A stretch of DNA of 64,000 nt from Escherichia phage vB_EcoM_G53: sequence record MK327943.1; one strand, written 5' to 3'. This document shows positions 61,928 to 64,000 of this stretch, one piece after another; within the stretch, counting starts at the first letter, position 1; every line of letters begins with the position of its first letter. The notes beneath the pieces were generated by a model. It had not been told where the DNA came from. It ran no database searches and saw only the letters and a list, made by a program, of their open reading frames with translations. The position numbers were made by a program, and so were the translations under genes.

Positions 61928-63420
61928 TATAAACCTGTCTGGGACCACGGTCCAAATACGTCTTCAAACGAATCCGCTTCTGTTTTATCAAAACGGAACC
62001 CTTTAATAATTGGAAGGAAAATACCTACAGTACCTTCACGGCCTTTAGAATGAACCCATCCATTACATTCACAATCAGCGATACGTCCAATCAATTTACC
62101 TTCACGAGCTTCGGTCATTAATCGTTCACGGTCCAAATCATGACGCTCATCTAAAGGAATAAGAACCTTTACACCATCAACTGTTTTATGAGTTGTATCT
62201 TTAAACCCTGAACCACAATCGGTTGTAATACGACGACAACGTGATACGAGTTCGACACCACCTAATTTGTTAGGGTCTTTAGAGTGCTCATAGTATCCTA
62301 CAACTTCTAAAGCGATATCAATAACTTCTTTAAATTTAATTAGGTTCTTAGAGCGTTTGTTTTCCCAGTATGAATCACGGTTTTTAAGGATAATACCTTC
62401 AAGACCTTGGTCAACATATTTTTTATAAACCACTTTAGCTTCGTCAAGATTACGAACTAACTGATTTTCAATTGGCTCAATTCGCTTAAAGCCTTCAGCC
62501 ATATTTTCAAGAGCAGCAAAACGAACATCGTATTTCTGACCTTTAATTTTGCCATCAGAATAGACTTCATCTAAAGGAACATAGTCCCAGGCTTGAAGAA
62601 CCATACCTTCCGCTTCTTTAGGAGAAATAGTCCCTTGAAGAGATTTATTTGCTAAACCATTTGAAGTGCTACGGTCTGCAACTTGTACTTCTTCGGATTC
62701 TTCATTATCACCAAATAAGAACGACAGGTCATTTCCTGAGCTCACAGCCTTTTTAATATCAAATGAATGATAAACTAATTCACCGTCGATTAAAACCCCA
62801 TTAGGGTGTCTTTCACGAGCTTCTTTAGTCATTTCCATTAGTTCATCCGCTAATAGAGTAAGACCATGATATTCGTTGCCGGCACGAGAAAAGAATTGAA
62901 CACCATCATCGCGAACTTCAGCGAAACAACGAGCACCATCTGCTTTTAATTGGGCAAATGCGGGCCATTTAATATTTTTAGTAATCAATTTCTCGTCATA
63001 TGCAGATGCTAACATCTGTGGTTGCAATTGAATAAGTCCAGGCCACACCTTATTCGCGATAGACACTGAAGCACCTACTTCAAGGTCGCGCATCATTACA
63101 CGACGAAGGACTTCTACATCATCAGGTTTACCATCAGCGATATAACCCATGAGCTCTTTAATTGCAGCATTACCAGTGAGTTTACGAGTGGCTAATGTGA
63201 ACTCAATAAAATCCAACATGTCATCTAATTCAAGAAGACCATACGCTTGAGACCTTTCACCTGGTCCTGGCCATTTCTTAATATAATACTGGATACCACG
63301 TGCATATGTTAAACGATACACACGTTCAAGTAATTTGTTGTCCTTATTTTTCTTAAGGATTTCCTGTTTTGTTTTAGTAGAACCGATCGCAGCTATTTGG
63401 TTTAAAATATCTAAAATCAT
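61927..63420 (-). CDS. 30: ATP-dependent DNA ligase gp30
   Basis: 497 aa; adenylation motif KADGARC; T4 position. Confidence 0.95.
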   Translation of the reverse strand: MILDILNQIAAIGSTKTKQEILKKNKDNKLLERVYRLTYARGIQYYIKKWPGPGERSQAYGLLELDDMLDFIEFTLATRKLTGNAAIKELMGYIADGKPDDVEVLRRVMMRDLEVGASVSIANKVWPGLIQLQPQMLASAYDEKLITKNIKWPAFAQLKADGARCFAEVRDDGVQFFSRAGNEYHGLTLLADELMEMTKEARERHPNGVLIDGELVYHSFDIKKAVSSGNDLSFLFGDNEESEEVQVADRSTSNGLANKSLQGTISPKEAEGMVLQAWDYVPLDEVYSDGKIKGQKYDVRFAALENMAEGFKRIEPIENQLVRNLDEAKVVYKKYVDQGLEGIILKNRDSYWENKRSKNLIKFKEVIDIALEVVGYYEHSKDPNKLGGVELVSRCRRITTDCGSGFKDTTHKTVDGVKVLIPLDERHDLDRERLMTEAREGKLIGRIADCECNGWVHSKGREGTVGIFLPIIKGFRFDKTEADSFEDVFGPWSQTGL

Positions 63421-63686
63421 TTGATGTCCTCGATTTTGGTTACGGTTCTATTATAAGCCACTTCATCTAGAAGCGATTTCAACGTTTTCTGATAAGTTGT
63501 AATCCATTTACCGAGTCCTTCAACATAGTATTCTGAAATGTAGATGAACCCTTGTTCAACACACTCTTTAAATATTTCTGCGTCTTTTACTGAACGAAAC
63601 GATGGCCAGTCTCGAAAGAACATGTTAACGTGACCGTAGTCACGTGTGGTATTTTTGCCATCTGTAATATCATGAACTACAAACAT
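63417..63686 (-). CDS. hypothetical protein (89 aa)
   Basis: ORF with ATGA overlap onto the gene 30 start. Confidence 0.5.
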   Translation of the reverse strand: MFVVHDITDGKNTTRDYGHVNMFFRDWPSFRSVKDAEIFKECVEQGFIYISEYYVEGLGKWITTYQKTLKSLLDEVAYNRTVTKIEDIK

Positions 63687-63695
63687 AATTAACCC

Positions 63696-64000
63696 TTAAC
63701 AATTTATAGACCAAGTCCATTTAGACGAATCTAAAGGAAAGTTTTGAATCGTCCACCACGGCTGCATATCGGTTGGTCCTGGAGTTCGCCAGGTATATGG
63801 AGTGCGTGTTGTCGAGGGGCCACCAATTTGATTAGGCCATGCGCCTGGACTTGTTGCACCAGATTCTTTAAGCAAATCCGCCAATCGTTTTAAAAGGTCT
63901 TCACGATCTGAATCTGAATTATGCTCAGGTGGAACCAAACGAGATTCAATATCATCCCACGTGTGTACACGTTGTGCAGTACGAGGAATGGCATCACGTT
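63696..64000 (-). CDS. hypothetical protein, 3' portion; 5' end lies beyond the window end
   Basis: Reading frame stays open upstream of the ORF-track start (TTG at 63938) to the window edge. Confidence 0.45.
   Translation of the reverse strand, partial: RDAIPRTAQRVHTWDDIESRLVPPEHNSDSDREDLLKRLADLLKESGATSPGAWPNQIGGPSTTRTPYTWRTPGPTDMQPWWTIQNFPLDSSKWTWSINC

Overview
This window is a segment of a T4-like (T-even) myovirus genome, collinear with coliphage T4 from lysozyme gene e to DNA ligase gene 30. Calls rest on reading the six-frame ORF track and the sequence directly, compared with T4 from memory; no database search was run. Coordinates 1-15000 (minus strand) hold early and accessory genes: e (partial), nudE, about 17 small ORFs of unknown function, a short tRNA/stable-RNA block, three internal-protein-like genes with capsid-targeting N-termini, 57B (Acb1-like 2H phosphoesterase), 57A, and genes 1, 3, 2, 4. 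Coordinates 15030-59211 are the canonical late structural block (mostly plus strand): 53, 5, 5.1, 5.4, 6-12, wac, 13-20, 67, 68, 21-24, then rnlB, hoc, inh, uvsW, uvsY, 25, 26, 51, 27-29, 48, 54, followed by alt and 30 on the minus strand. Core gene sizes match T4 closely; no homing endonuclease or intron was seen. Accessory ORFs are organised as cassettes behind eleven sigma70-like early promoters (TTTACA-N17-TATAGT/TACTAT), each with an inverted repeat bracketing the -10 element, matching the promoter-early stem-loop (PeSL) elements described for T4-type phages. The most interesting candidate for an undescribed system is a tightly coupled seven-gene early operon (4067-6805): a coiled-coil protein, a 200-aa protein, two small membrane proteins, and three tandem paralogs ending in GxWVxSSxxC. 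A related signal is a C-terminal E-x-F-I-x-E-C-R tail shared by five otherwise different accessory proteins. Hoc carries a near-identical tandem duplication of one Ig-like domain.
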